NCBI GenBank assembly: GCA_963813715.1 | Contig: CAWFAK010000007.1 | Coordinates: 128,001-192,000 of the forward strand | Reading direction: 5' to 3' | From: an uncultured Planctomycetaceae bacterium | GTDB lineage: Bacteria; Planctomycetota; Planctomycetia; Planctomycetales; Planctomycetaceae | DNA: 64,000 nucleotides | Shown here: positions 41,982 to 54,360 of the stretch, in pieces | Position numbering within the stretch: the first letter of the stretch is position 1 | Layout: the number at the start of each line of letters is the position of its first letter | The notes under the pieces: generated by a model | What the model saw: the letters and a program-made list of their open reading frames with translations, nothing else | What the model was told of the DNA's origin: nothing | Database searches by the model: none | Made by a program: the position numbers and the translations under genes

Positions 41982-43634
41982 CTAGCCGTTGCGGCTGAAG
42001 ATCATGATCGTGATGTCGTCGTTTTGGTCCCGCCCGTTGGCGTGTGTCCGCACGTCGGCCAACAGGGCCTTGCCGATCTCGGCGGCGTTTCCTTTGCTCG
42101 TGCGGAGGAAGTCGCGGACCCGCTTGTCGCCGTAGAGCTCGCCCTTGGGGTTCATCGCTTCGCTCACGCCGTCGGTGTAGAAGAGGATCGTTTCGCCGGG
42201 AGCGATGGGGCGCGACAAAACGTCGTACGGGTAGTCCTCGATCACGCCGACCGGCACGCCGACCGATTCCTCGTCGAATTCCTCGATCGTGCCGTCAGCC
42301 TTGCGGATCATCGGCGACATGTGGCCGGCAATCGCCAGCTGCACCTCGTGCGACCGCGTGTCGACGAGCGCCAGGATGTACGTCACGAACCGTCCCTCGA
42401 CGGCGCTCGAACACATGTGGTTGTTGACTGCTTTGATCGCCTCGCCGACGTCGTCCACGTATTGGAGCGTGCTGCGGACGACACTCGAAATTCGCGACAT
42501 CACGAGCGACGCGGGCACCCCCTTCCCCGCTACGTCGCCAAACGACAGGCAGACTTTGCCGTCCTCCAACAACATCGCGTCATAATAGTCGCCGCCGACG
42601 GCCAGGGCCGAATCGTACGAGGCATAGAACTCGTAGCCGGCTGCTTGCGGCAGCGTCTTGGGCAGGAGGGCCTGCTGGACGTTGCGGGCGATGGCCATCT
42701 CGCTGTCTTGCTTGAGCTTCTCCATGTGCGAGGTGAGCAGGCGGGCGTTCTCGTAGGAGAGGGCCGCTTGCCCGGCGACTGCCAACAGCAAGTCGAGATC
42801 GTCCTTGTTGAAGCGGGAGAGGACGTTTTGCGTATCGAGGTTGATCACGCCCATCGGCGTGCCGTCCAACGCCAACAGGGGCACGCACATCATCGAGCGA
42901 ATGGTCAGGCTGGAGATCGAAGCGGCTGCCTCGAACCGCGAATCGCTGGTGGCGTCGGCCGAAAGAATGCCCGTCCGCTCCGAGAGGACTTTGTTCAAGA
43001 TCGTGCGGCTGAGCTTCACCGTTTCGTCGGCGTCGGCCTTGCGGTGCTTCTGCGCGACGGGCACCATGTTTGCCGTCTCGGCGTCCTTGAGCAGCACGCA
43101 GCCCCGGTCGGCCTGCGGGAAGATGGTAAACAGCGTGTCGAGGATCCGCGGCACGATGGCCTGCATGTCGACGGTGCCCGCCAGGCTCCGCGCAATCTCG
43201 ATCACCGCTCGCAGTTTCGTCTCCGGCTGGACTTGCAGCAGGCCAAAGCCGCTGGTGTTGTCGGCAGACTCCATGATCGTGGCGGTGACGTCGCCGATCT
43301 CGACGCCCGTCGCGTCGTTGCCCGCCGCCAGACCTGGACGAGCCCCGGTCCCCGTTTCGAACCGCAGCAGGATCGGCCCGAGCTTGAGCCGGTCGTTGGC
43401 CTTTAGCTGCGTGCGCTCGTTGACCCGCTTGCCGTTGAGGAAGGTGCCGTTGCCGCTCCCCAGATCCTCGACGAAATAGTCATTGTTGTCGCGCGTGACC
43501 TGGGCGTGCCGCCGCGAGACCATGTTCGAGTCGAGCTGGATTTGGCACTCCGGCGCGCGGCCGAGGACGGTGACGTCGTCGGTCAGCCGGAAGCTAATCG
43601 CCTCGCCATCCTTCAGCAACATCAGAGTCGGCAT
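41982..43634 (-). CDS. FHA-GAF-PP2C (SpoIIE) phosphatase
   Basis: [20 protein letters not shown] (FHA); [14 protein letters not shown] (GAF); [26 protein letters not shown] (PP2C). Confidence 0.95.
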   Translation of the reverse strand: MPTLMLLKDGEAISFRLTDDVTVLGRAPECQIQLDSNMVSRRHAQVTRDNNDYFVEDLGSGNGTFLNGKRVNERTQLKANDRLKLGPILLRFETGTGARPGLAAGNDATGVEIGDVTATIMESADNTSGFGLLQVQPETKLRAVIEIARSLAGTVDMQAIVPRILDTLFTIFPQADRGCVLLKDAETANMVPVAQKHRKADADETVKLSRTILNKVLSERTGILSADATSDSRFEAAASISSLTIRSMMCVPLLALDGTPMGVINLDTQNVLSRFNKDDLDLLLAVAGQAALSYENARLLTSHMEKLKQDSEMAIARNVQQALLPKTLPQAAGYEFYASYDSALAVGGDYYDAMLLEDGKVCLSFGDVAGKGVPASLVMSRISSVVRSTLQYVDDVGEAIKAVNNHMCSSAVEGRFVTYILALVDTRSHEVQLAIAGHMSPMIRKADGTIEEFDEESVGVPVGVIEDYPYDVLSRPIAPGETILFYTDGVSEAMNPKGELYGDKRVRDFLRTSKGNAAEIGKALLADVRTHANGRDQNDDITIMIFSRNG

Positions 43635-43789
43635 GGCCGGGCCCCTGCGCACGTGGGAAGCTCGCGCGCCTTCGCGCAGATACGCCAGTCGATTCTAGGG
43701 CGGTGAAATGCGTGCCGCAACGGTCGGATTTCCGCAATTCGTCGGCGGGCACGGGCGAGCTTTCGCCGTTCCCCGCCCCTCCGAGACGC

Positions 43790-45076
43790 TCAGCCCGCGA
43801 TACCAAAGATCCGCTCGACGTTGCCCCGCAGCACGAGCCGGCCCAGTTCGAGAGCGCGGGTTTCCGACCAGCCGCGGGCAATGACAAAGTCATTGGCCAG
43901 GACCGACGCCAGGATCCGCCGATACATACGGAACTTGGGGAGCGCGAACTCGAGCTTGTACATGTCGCTGTAATAGCCGATCTGCTTGGTTGCGGGGACG
44001 GCCTGCAGCCGGCTGCGGCAATCCAGCTCGATGTAGGCCGGAATGTTCGAGTACCACCAATGGCCGTTGGTCACCACATTGGGGAAGATCCAGCTGTGGC
44101 TCACCAGTTCCTGGTTGCTCGTCTGGGCCAGGACGGAAATCGGAAACGTCACCTGCGGGAAGACATTGAACAGACGGCGATAAAGCACGAGCGAGGTCCG
44201 CTGGTCGAACAGGTCCTGCCCCTGGAAGACCCCGTCTTCGTAGATCCGGCGGTTGACGCCGATCATCAGGTCGAATGGCAGGCGGTGCTCGGCGCATTGC
44301 TCCGCCAGCGTCCAAAAAACGAATTGCGCCAGCGTGCGCGACTGGTCGGCACTCGGCTCGCGGCCCGCGCCGATCGCTTCCAAAATCGGGTCGACGGACG
44401 CAGCGGCGACGCTCTGTGGCTCGAAATCGGGCGGGAGCGAGATCGCGCACGCCCGAGCGCCGCGCTGGGTGAAGTGCTCGAACAGCCTGCCGACCGCCGA
44501 TGTCAATCGCGACGCGGAAGTCGCTTCGATGCCCGTCGCCTTCGCCAGCCGCTGCCGGACCGCCGGCTTGGCCAAATGGAACACGAGGTCGTCCGTCCGC
44601 AGACAGGGGACGTAGCGCGCCGTGTCGAAGCCGGCGAGCGGATCGTCAAAGTCGTTCGTGAGAAACACCCGCTCGAGCCGGCTCTTGGCGAGCACCTGGG
44701 TTTCCCAGTCGGGGGCGGACATTTTGGCGCTGGCCCGGTCATAGAGCGATTCCCAATTGGCTGTCGTCACACGGTCGTCCGCAAAGTCGAAAAACTCACG
44801 GCACATCTCCAGGAGCCAGCTGTATTGGATCGTGTTTTCCAAGAGCGGCAGCCACTCGACCAGCCGTCGCACTTTCTCCTTCGGGGCCAGTTCTGGTTCC
44901 TCGATCCGCGCACGCGGCATGCCGACCGAGTGCGCAAGCTCGGTGTAGTAGTGATAGCCAAGGATGTCGGCAAGCGTTTTCGATGCGGCCGCGTGTGGAT
45001 TGATGTGCGTGTGAGGATCGATCAAGACGATCGATTCCAGCTCGCCAAACAGACGCGCCTGCAGTTCCTGCGACAT
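43790..45076 (-). CDS. Amidohydrolase-fold protein, uronate isomerase (UxaC)-like
   Basis: IDPHTH, YHYYTE, GHWWY and SDMYKLEF..PKF..YRRILA motifs. Confidence 0.75.
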   Translation of the reverse strand: MSQELQARLFGELESIVLIDPHTHINPHAAASKTLADILGYHYYTELAHSVGMPRARIEEPELAPKEKVRRLVEWLPLLENTIQYSWLLEMCREFFDFADDRVTTANWESLYDRASAKMSAPDWETQVLAKSRLERVFLTNDFDDPLAGFDTARYVPCLRTDDLVFHLAKPAVRQRLAKATGIEATSASRLTSAVGRLFEHFTQRGARACAISLPPDFEPQSVAAASVDPILEAIGAGREPSADQSRTLAQFVFWTLAEQCAEHRLPFDLMIGVNRRIYEDGVFQGQDLFDQRTSLVLYRRLFNVFPQVTFPISVLAQTSNQELVSHSWIFPNVVTNGHWWYSNIPAYIELDCRSRLQAVPATKQIGYYSDMYKLEFALPKFRMYRRILASVLANDFVIARGWSETRALELGRLVLRGNVERIFGIAG

Positions 45077-45105
45077 GGTGTTTCCGGAAGCTCGATGGGC
45101 TGCGT

Positions 45106-48028
45106 TCAGCGCTTGGCCGCCGCGGCTTGGGTCGCGTCCTTGGACGGCTGCGGCGGGCCGAACGTTGCCAGGCTTTTGCCCGTCGTGCCGTCCCAGAGCC
45201 GCAGCACGCCGTCTTCGCCGCCGGCCGCAATCAGGGATTCGTCCGCGGTCGCCGCCGCAGAATACAGGTAGTCGGTCGCGCCCGCCAGGGTGCGGTAATT
45301 CTCGCCGTCGACTGCCTGGTGCAGCCGCACGGTCTTGTCGCCGCTCGCGGACACAATGTTCGCACCGGCGCCGAGAAATTGCACCGACGTCACCTGCTTG
45401 CCGTGCGTGGCGATGCTCTTTTGTTGCTCGCCCGTCTCGAAATTCCAGACCTTGATCTGATTGTCGGCGCCGGCGCTTGCCAACAGGGAGCCGTCGCCCT
45501 TCCAGCTGACCCCCAGAACCTGGTGCGTATGCCCCTCGAACGACCGGGCTTGTTTGCCGGTCCGCGTCTCGAAGACTTTCACGAACTTGTCCGCCGCGCA
45601 GCTCGCCAGGTATTGGCCGTCGCGGGAGAAGTCGACGCCGAAGACGGTGTCGCTGTGAGCGTCTTTGAATTCGCGGTCGAGCGTGAGCGACGCGATCTTC
45701 CAGGTCTTCAACTCGCCGTTGCGCGAAGGCTCGCCGCCACCTGTCGCCAAAAACTTACCGTCGTGACTGAAGGCCAGGCACAGCACCCGGCCGATGAGGG
45801 CCGACGAGCCTACTTCGAGCGGGGCGTCGGCCTTCGGGCCGATGCGTCCCAAAAAGGTCCAACGCGGATTCGTCTCCCAGGCGACCAGCTGTTTGTCGAC
45901 CCCGGCGGAGACGAGCGTCGAATCCTTGCCGAAGGCCACGCGTCCCACCGCCGCCGAATGGCCGGCGAGGCTGTCGAGCGGGCGGCCGCTGTGCGCGTCG
46001 CACAGCTCGATTTCCGGATCGTCGCCCGCCAGTGCCAGCACGTTGCCGTCGGCCGAAAACGCCAGCGATCGGATCGGCTGCTGACGCTTGTCCCGGCTCG
46101 CCGTCGCGGCGGAGAGGGCCGCGTTCGCCGCGTCGCGGGCCCCTTCGAGCTCTTTCTTCGACTGTTGCAGGTCCTTGAGCTTCGTTTCGGCTGCGGCCAG
46201 TGTCTTCTTGGCCGACTCGTGCCCCAGCACGGCCGAGGCGGCCGCCTTGCTGGCGCTGGCCTTGGGCGTCTCGAGCGCCGCCAAGGCTTTCTCCGCTTGG
46301 TCGAGCTTCGACTTGAGGCCGGCGTCCTTCGGCTTGGCTTGCGAAAGCTTTTTCGCATCTGCGACGGCCGCCTGGGCTGCCTTTTCCTTGGGTGCAAACT
46401 CGGCGAGCGCCTTGTCGGCGGCGGTTTGCGCCTCGGCCGCCTTCTTGAGCGCCTCTTGATGCTCTTTCACTTCCTGGGTAGCCGTGGTGATTCGTGCGGC
46501 GACGGCCGCGACATGCTGACCGGCGACGGTTTGCTCGTCGGTGAGGGCAGTAACGCGGCGCTGTGCGGTCAGACTGCCTTTGATTTCGGCGATCGGTCCG
46601 CCGCCCGTCGATCTTCCACAACCGGGCGACGCGGTTTGTGCCGGCCGAGGCCAGCACCTGCCCATCCGGCCGCACAGCCACCGCGGTCACCGGGCCCCCC
46701 TGATCAAACTTGGCGAGCTGCCGGGCCGTGGCGATTTGCCACACGCGCACGCTGCCGTCCGCGCTCCCGGAAACCAACTTGTCGCCCGTCGGGAGAACGA
46801 GAGCGAGCGCCGTGATCGGCCGATCGTTGGCCTTCCATTCGCGGAGCGGTTTCGTAGGTTGTTGCGACTTGCTCGTTGGCGTGGACGGCTTGCTCACGAA
46901 ATCGGACGACCAGACGCGGATCGAACCGTCGGAGCTGCCGACAATCACCTGCGTCCCATCCGCGCTGATCGCGAGCGCCTGCAACGGGGACTTCGTCGTG
47001 ACGATTCCTCGCAGTGCGCCATCGGCGACGTTCCAGGCCCGCCATGTGCGATCGAGCGATGCCGCGTAAAGGGTTTTGCCATCCGGTGCGAACTGCAGCG
47101 CAGAGGTGACGTCCGCCGGACCGGTCAGCTTCCGCACTTCGGCTCCGTCGGTTCGTCGCAAGGCAATCGAGCGATCGGCCAGTGCGACCGCCACGAGACT
47201 GCCGTCGGGACTGACGGCCAGCGCCGTCGGACTGTCTGCGAGTGTGACCTTGTGCTTCTCGACATTGTGCGGCCGCTGCCAGAGCTTGACGACGCGATAA
47301 CCGCCGGCCGCCAGCAGCGTGCCGTCGGGGCTGAACGCCAACGCGTGGATCACATCGCGATCGGCCGCGCCGCCGGGATACATGGGCCGGCCATCGAGCT
47401 GAATTCCTGACAACAGCGGATCGATCAAGCGATCGACCTCGCGCCCGGACGGCACGTCGTAGACGACGACCTGATTGGCCCTGCCCGCCGCTACGAATCG
47501 ACCGCCGTTCGGCGAGAGGGCCACCGCGAGGATCGACTTCTCTCCCGGCGGGATCGGTTGGAACTGAATCGCATCGCCGCCGCTTCCCGCGCCGCCGCGG
47601 GCCCCTTCGAGAATCCACTGCTTGATGATGCCCAACTGCGTCGGCGTGAGGGCGGCGGCTTCGACCTTGTTGGGCAGCGGCGGCATCGCCGGCTCTTTAC
47701 CGCGCGAGGCGAACAGGAAAAGCGGACTGCCGTCCGGATTCTTGGGCAAGACGGCCGGGCCGCGCTTGCCCCCTTTGCGGATCGCGTCGGCCGTCTCGAC
47801 GCTGAACTTGCTCTCGGCGATGCCGGCGTTGTGGCAGGCGAGACAGTTGGACTCGAGAATCGGATAGACATCCTTCTCGAAGTCGACGGGATGACCGAGC
47901 TGCACGGCTGCCGGAACGATAGCCGGCGTCTTCGTGGTCGGCTCGCCGCCCAAAGTGACCGACACGCTGATCAACAGCAAAGCGGCGGCGGCCGTGGTCA
48001 GAGGGTTCGGCGAACAAGATCGCATCAA
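45106..48028 (-). CDS. Planctomycete cytochrome c domain plus WD40 repeats with coiled-coil insert (frameshift near 46605)
   Basis: Signal peptide; VDFEKDVYPIL..CLACH..MPP..WILEGA; many WD40 repeats (LAFSPDG, GH..VWN/LWD); Ala/Lys-rich insert. Confidence 0.9.
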
Positions 48029-48091
48029 ATGCCTCGCCAGGTTGCGGCGGCCGATTCCAGGACCGCCGATGAATTTGCAGCCGACCGCCGG

Positions 48092-51000
48092 TTAGGGGTT
48101 AACTTGGAGAGTGATCGGAGCATCGACCTCCGCCTGCCCCTCGAACTGGGCCGCGCCGCGTACGACCAGATTGGCCACCGGGCCGGGCTTCGCGGTTTTC
48201 TCGGCGGCGATTCTCAGCACAGCCTCGCTTTTTTGCGCGGGAATTGTCACTGCGCCGGCTTTGATGCCAGTCACGCCGGGCGGCAGCGGCAGCTCGAGAG
48301 TCACCGGACCTTTGAAGGCCCGCGTCCGCCGCACTTTCACTCTGACGTCGACTTGCTCGCCACGCTTCAATTTGCCTCCCTTGGCGACCGACGCGCTCAC
48401 CTCGAAAGGGGCGGCCTTCACGGTCAACAAAATCGGCGTCGACGGGGGGAAGTCGGTCATGGCCTGGGGGGCCGCCGTCTGCTTGGCCTGGGCCAGCCGA
48501 GTGTCGGCAGCGCTTTTGGCGGCCGCAAGCTGCTGCGAACGGGCCTGCGCAGCTGCCGCTTCTGCATCCGCCTGCTTCTTTGCTTCGGTTGCCGACTTGA
48601 GCGAGGCTTCGGCATCGGTCAGGCGATGGTGCGCCGTTTCGCTCTCTGCAACGAGTTTGGTGAAGTCCGCCAACGACGGCTGTTTGTTTGAACCAGTCGG
48701 CGCGGCACCGGCCGGTCGCGCCTTCGCCGCGGCTTCGTCGGCCGACTTTTGAAGTTCGGCCGCGAGTTGCCGGGCGGCGGCAGCCCGGGCTTTCAGTTCA
48801 GGACGGGCCGACTCGGAAGCCGATTGGACGTTGGCCTCTGCCTCCTCGGCCGATTTGCGGGCGACATCGGCGACGCGGGCCGTCGTTTCGGCCAGTGCGG
48901 TCGCCTGGTTCATCGCGGCCGACTTCGGCTTTGCTTTGTTCTCGGCAAGCGATTTATATCTGCGCTGTGCGTCGGCCAGCGTCCGTTCGAGTTCGGTCGC
49001 GCGGGTTTTGAGTGGCTTGATCGCTGCGGCGAGTTCGGCCAGCTTTTTCGTCGCCTGCTCTTTCAGCCCGCCGGCTGCCTTTGCCTGCGCCGTGGCGTCG
49101 ACCGCCGCCTTTGCCGCGGCGGTCTGTTCACGTTCCGCACGTTCGAGCGCGAAGACGTTCCGCCGATAGGAGACGGGCGCCTGCAGGTTCCAATAGATGG
49201 CGTAGGTGCCAGGCCGTGTGCCGCGGGCCACCAGCATCCGCAACAGCTCCTCCGACTGCCCTTTGGGGAACGCCTTGTTTTGGATGTTCAAATTTCCAAT
49301 CGGCAACCCGGCCAGTGCCATGGTGACGTCGCCGTCGAAACCGTTGCGTCGCACGAGCTTCAAGGGAAGCAGAATCTGCCGGCCTTGATTCACCTCGATT
49401 CGAGCAACATCCGTCGACAACTGGAACGGGGCCGTCTCTTTCATCACCGAGAGCGCCAGCGACTGACCGACGCGCGAGACGGCGGGCGCCATCAACTCGG
49501 CGTTCCACACGATCGTTCCGGGGATGGCGTCGCGGACCACGTCTCGCGGAGCCGCCGCATCGCGCTGAGCCTTGGCTTGCGCGAGCCGTTGGTCCGCTTT
49601 GGCTTGCAACTGCTTGAGCAGGTCGACCGACTTTGAGGCGGACGTAACGGCCGCAACAGCATCCGCGACGGCCTTGGCAAATGTGGTGTTCTTGGGATCG
49701 GTTTCGGCGAGTTCTCGATTGAGCGTGAGCAGTTCATTCGCCTTTTGGGCGGTCCTTTCGCCGAACGTGCGCGCGGCTTGCGCCTTCGCGGCAGCCTCCG
49801 CAGCCTTGGCGAGCTGTCGTTCGGCTGCGAGCAGAGCCGACGCTCCCTGCGGATCGGGGACCTTGGCCGTGCCGAAGACATGAATCAGCGCCGACGATTC
49901 CGCAGCGTCTTCGGCGGCAGTGAAAATCAGCTCGCCCGATTTGGCATTCGCGGCCAGCGCCGTTCCCCGACAGGTCACTCCCTTGGGCAAACGGTCGGCC
50001 CGCACTTCGATCGGCTCGCGAAAACCGTCCTTGCGAATGACGAGCACTTGGACCTCGCGACTGTCGCCTTTGCGAAGGCCCAGCGCCCAAGTCGACACAG
50101 CCTGCATCGTGCCCCGCTTGGGATACTCGGGCAGCACGACCAGTTGGAAATCGGGCTCTTCGGGCTGGATCGACAGTCGATAAACCAGTCGCGGGTCGCC
50201 CCGGCTCTCGAACGAGCGGTCGCGGAGCATGACGCGGTAAGTGCCGTCGGCCGGCGCGGAAGCGATAGCTCGGATCGTCGGTCCGCGTGTCGAAGACGGC
50301 CGGCGCAACGTTGGCGTTGTCGTCGTCGACGGCCGTCATCCGCGTCACGAACTCCAACCCCTTGGAATTGTGCTCGACTTGCTCGACGACCAGATACGGA
50401 TCGGCCTGCGAACCGAGACGATCGGCAAAGACCTCGATCGTGAAGACCTGCCCTTCCTTAGCATGGAACTTGAAGTAATCGGTATCGCCCGGCGCCTGGA
50501 ACTGGCCCGCAAATTCACCGGGGACCGAAATCTCCTGCGCCGTTTGCGGCGTGTCGTTGGGCTCGCGCTCGAGGACCGGAGCCGACCGCGTGAGCGAGAT
50601 CAGCACGGGGTTCGATTCGCCCGTCGGCGTCTGCACGACGTAAGAAACGACGCCCAGCCCGGCGTCCCACGAGCGAAGAGTGGTGTGGGTGGGAGCCGGC
50701 GGAGCCGCTGCGGGCAACGTGATTTCGACCACGGCCTTTTCGAGCGGGTGGCCGTCGACTTTCACGTCGGACAGTTTGCCCCCGGGCAGATTGCGGCCGT
50801 ACAGCGTGTACTTCGCGGTCGAGCCGGCCACGCCCGCGGGCGGCATGATGAAATCGATGTAGGGCAGCGAGCCGGCCGATAACCGGTAGCCATATTCGGC
50901 ACCGCCGCGATAGAGAAAGTCGTAGACCTTGAGAAAGTAGGTCGCGTTGGCGGGCAGCACGGCGTCGACGAGCGGATCGCGCTCGAGTTCCTGCCGCGCG

Positions 51001-51623
51001 TAGCCGAGCCGGTGTCCGGCCTCGTCGGTCAGTTCGAGGACCGGCTGCAGCCTCGAGTCGATGTCGGCCGCGCGGCAAAACGCAGTGAAGCGCTGCCCCT
51101 TTTTGCCGACGAAGCGGTACACATCGATATCGGTCTCGGCGCCGATCGTGCCATTGACGATCGCGCCTGAAGGAAGTTCGTTGGCCCGATCGAAGCCGTT
51201 ATTCGGTTCGACCTCGCGGGCCTCGGGTTGCGATCCGACGATAAAGATTCGCGGATTGGAAAGTCCGAACAGACCGCCGGCGTACACTTCGTACACGCCG
51301 CTCGGCACGTTCGGGCGGATCGTCACGACAAATGTGTTGTCGATTGGTTCCTGGTGTCCGCTGGCGTCGCGCGTCTTTCGGACGGCCGTGATGCCCGGAT
51401 GGTTGAAGACCAGCCGATTAGCCTCGTCGAGATCGGCCGACTGGGTCAGCTGCAGGTCGAAGGTGGTGCCCGCTTTTCCGCCGCAAGGGAAGATCGCGTA
51501 GAGCCGCGCCTGGGGCAACTGAGCCTGCGCGGTCGCAGCCGCCCCGACGACCCAAGCCAGCGCGAAGACCGCGGACCAGGCCGAGCGAAAGGAACAACGG
51601 TGCTGACAGCGGGACAAAACCAT
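48092..51623 (-). CDS. Exported PPC (pre-peptidase C-terminal) repeat protein with coiled-coil inserts (frameshift near 50255)
   Basis: Signal peptide; IFPCGGKAGT, GLFGLSNPR, EVEPNN/EREPND, DIDVYRF, DTDYFKF, DPYL motifs. Confidence 0.85.
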
Positions 51624-51846
51624 GCGGGAGACCGGTCAACCGATGCGACGGGCCGCGAGGCGGCCAGCCGAACGCTGGGGGCAGGACAGTTAGGCGGGTC
51701 TCCTTATCCTACCCGCGCCGGGCGCCGGCGTGGTAGGGCGCCCAGGGTACGGAAGCCGGAAAGAGGGAAAAGTTGCCCCCGTCCGCCTGCGGTCATAGGG
51801 CGGCGGCGGTCAGCGCAGAACCAGCGGGTGCCCGGCCAACCAGCGC

Positions 51847-54360
51847 CTAGTGGTTGAACAAGAACTCTTTGGTGTTGATCAGCGCCCACACGATGTCTTC
51901 GTAGGCGGCTTTCGTGTCCTTCGAGTGCTTGCCCAAATGGGCTTCCGCGATGTGCAGCTCGTCGTCGTTCGGCTCGCGGGAATAAACCCAGCGATAGAGC
52001 TCGCGGACGCGGAGATCGATCGGCCGCTTGTCGGTCGCCAAAAGAGCCGCCCGGCCGGAGGGACTGGCGATCTTCTCCTGGACTTCGCTGCTGTTAAGCA
52101 GATGCAGGCTCTGCGCGAGGTTGGCGTCTTGCGAACGTTCACACTCGCAGGCTGTGTCCCCCTGCGGCTGCCCGAATACCTTCAGGAAGTAGGGACCGAC
52201 GCCCGGATCGGGAAGCTGCAATGCGTGCGTGCCGGCCGGCATTCCCGTATACGGCTGCGAGGTGGCCGTCACCCGGTGGAAGGCGTCGTACAACACCTCG
52301 GCACCGAGCCGCCGCGGATAGAAGCGAGAAAAGTTCTGCCGATCCTTGCTGTTGAAGTCGTTGGGAACGGCGCTCAACTGGTAGGTGCTCGAACGGCAGA
52401 TCGTGCGAACGAGTTCTTTGAGATCGAAGCCGGTCTTGATGAAGTTGTCGGCCAGCGCGTCGAGCAATTCGGGATTGGAGGGCGGATTGGTTTCCCGCAT
52501 GTCGTCTTCGGGCTCGACGATTCCCCGACTAAAGAAATGCTTCCAGTAGCGGTTGGCCAGCGAGCGGGCGAAGAACGGGTTTTTCGGATTGGACATCCAG
52601 TCGGCCAGCTGCACGCGCGGGTCGCGGTCGGCAGCGATTGAGAGCGGCTGCCCGCCCAACGCCGTCGGGCGCAGCGACTTGCCCGTCCGCGGATTCGTGA
52701 CTTCGGCGACGCCCTCGTTGTGAAACAGCCGCCGATCCCGGAAGCGCCGGTTGGCGACGCCGTCCGGCAGCGGTTTGCGGCCCAGGCGGCTGAAGAAAGC
52801 CGAGAACCCGTAGTAGTCGTCCTGGCTCCATTTCTCGAACGGATGATGGTGGCAGCGGGCGCACTGAATCCGCAGTCCGAGGAACAGTTGGGCCGTGTCT
52901 TCGACCTGCTCGTTGATCTCGTCGACCTCGCGATACCAGACGGTCTGCGGCGACAAGCGGGGATCGCCGGCCGCGGTCAAGAGTTGGCGGACGAAGTGAT
53001 CGAAGGGCTTGTTGTCGTAGAGGCTGCTCCAGATCCATTCGTAGAACTCGTACGTCCCCTCAGTGTCGGAGGGCGCCCGCTTCTTGTTGCGCAGAATCAG
53101 GTTCCACTTGTTCGCAAAGTTGTCGGCGTAGGCCGGGCTATCCAGCAGCCGATCGATGAGCTTGTCGCGCTTCGCAGGATCTCGGTTGGCCAGAAACGCC
53201 GTGACTTCTTTTTCAGTCGGCGTGGTGCCGGCGATGTCGATCGACACCCGCCGCAGGAAGGTCGCGTCGTCGCACAAGGCCGAGGGCGGAATGCCCAGCA
53301 CCTTCAGCTTGCCGAAGACGGCCTTGTCGACCAGGTTCCGCTCGGGGGGCAGCGAGGCGACGGACGCTCCAAGGGGAATCGTCGAGCGAAACGTGGCGAC
53401 CTGCCCTTGATACCGGGCCATGATGGCGACCTGTCCGGCCAGATCGAGCGTCTTCACCAGTCCGGTCGAGGTGACTTCGGCCATCTCGGTGTCGTTGGGC
53501 TCGAACAGGGACATCCGCGTGACGTCTTCGGTCGTGCCGTCGCTGTAATGGGCGACGACGGTGATCTGCTGCTGGGAACCCCGCTCCATCACGCGGCCGG
53601 CGGGCTGGCATTCGATTTTGACGACCGTTGCGTCGGTGTCGTTGCCGTAGGGCGTGCCCTGCTCGATCCAGCGATAGAGCATGCGGTATTCGTAACTGCC
53701 CACGTCCATTCGCTTGCCGCCGCCGTGCGGATAGCGGCCGCTGGGCTTCAGGAGCAGCAGGCTTTCACCGGGCGACGTGGGGAACAAGCGGCGACCGCGG
53801 CTCTCTTTGACGAGGAACTCGTAATCGTCCTCCGGATAGAAACCGAGCAGCGAGAGCTTGAAACCGTTTTGTCCGCTCGCCTTGCCGTGACAGCCGCCGC
53901 TGTTGCAGCCGAGCTTGGTGAAGATCGGTACGATCTGATTCTTGAAATTGATCGGCAGCGGATGGGCAAACCGGTCGACCTTCACGGGGAATTCGGCCGA
54001 CGTGTGGCCCGGGCCCGACACGCGAATGTGGGCCTCGCCATCGCGGAGCGGAATGACCAGACCCTTGGCGTCGATGTCAACGATGCCGGTCGGATCGGCA
54101 GAATACCGCACGGCCCGCGTCAGGTCGCGCAACTGACCGGTCGAGTAAACGCCGGTGACGCACAGTTGCTGCCGGGCGTCACCGCCGCGGAGCAAAATCG
54201 GATTGCCGCCCGTCGTTTGCTCGACGTTCAGCGATTTCAAATCACCCGGATCGCCCTGCCCTTTCGTTGTGTTTGCGGCGACAGCTGTGCGCGCTCCGGC
54301 TCCGAGGCATGCGGCTGCAACCAGGGCGAGCAAGAACGGGGTGGAGGCACGACGCGTCAT
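51847..54360 (-). CDS. DUF1549/DUF1553 (PSCyt2/PSD1) protein with Ig-like (Big_2) repeats
   Basis: GCNSGGCHG, FKLSLLG, DDATFLRR, FLGLRIQCARCHHHP, NPPSNPELLDALA, ICRSSTYQ and WALINTKEFLFNH motifs. Confidence 0.93.
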   Translation of the reverse strand: MTRRASTPFLLALVAAACLGAGARTAVAANTTKGQGDPGDLKSLNVEQTTGGNPILLRGGDARQQLCVTGVYSTGQLRDLTRAVRYSADPTGIVDIDAKGLVIPLRDGEAHIRVSGPGHTSAEFPVKVDRFAHPLPINFKNQIVPIFTKLGCNSGGCHGKASGQNGFKLSLLGFYPEDDYEFLVKESRGRRLFPTSPGESLLLLKPSGRYPHGGGKRMDVGSYEYRMLYRWIEQGTPYGNDTDATVVKIECQPAGRVMERGSQQQITVVAHYSDGTTEDVTRMSLFEPNDTEMAEVTSTGLVKTLDLAGQVAIMARYQGQVATFRSTIPLGASVASLPPERNLVDKAVFGKLKVLGIPPSALCDDATFLRRVSIDIAGTTPTEKEVTAFLANRDPAKRDKLIDRLLDSPAYADNFANKWNLILRNKKRAPSDTEGTYEFYEWIWSSLYDNKPFDHFVRQLLTAAGDPRLSPQTVWYREVDEINEQVEDTAQLFLGLRIQCARCHHHPFEKWSQDDYYGFSAFFSRLGRKPLPDGVANRRFRDRRLFHNEGVAEVTNPRTGKSLRPTALGGQPLSIAADRDPRVQLADWMSNPKNPFFARSLANRYWKHFFSRGIVEPEDDMRETNPPSNPELLDALADNFIKTGFDLKELVRTICRSSTYQLSAVPNDFNSKDRQNFSRFYPRRLGAEVLYDAFHRVTATSQPYTGMPAGTHALQLPDPGVGPYFLKVFGQPQGDTACECERSQDANLAQSLHLLNSSEVQEKIASPSGRAALLATDKRPIDLRVRELYRWVYSREPNDDELHIAEAHLGKHSKDTKAAYEDIVWALINTKEFLFNH

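Noticed and set aside
51708..51737. Intrinsic terminator between the DUF1549 and PPC genes
   Set aside because: A strong GC hairpin (CCTACC..GGTAGG) but no U-tract on the coding strand; more likely a stability or REP-like hairpin.
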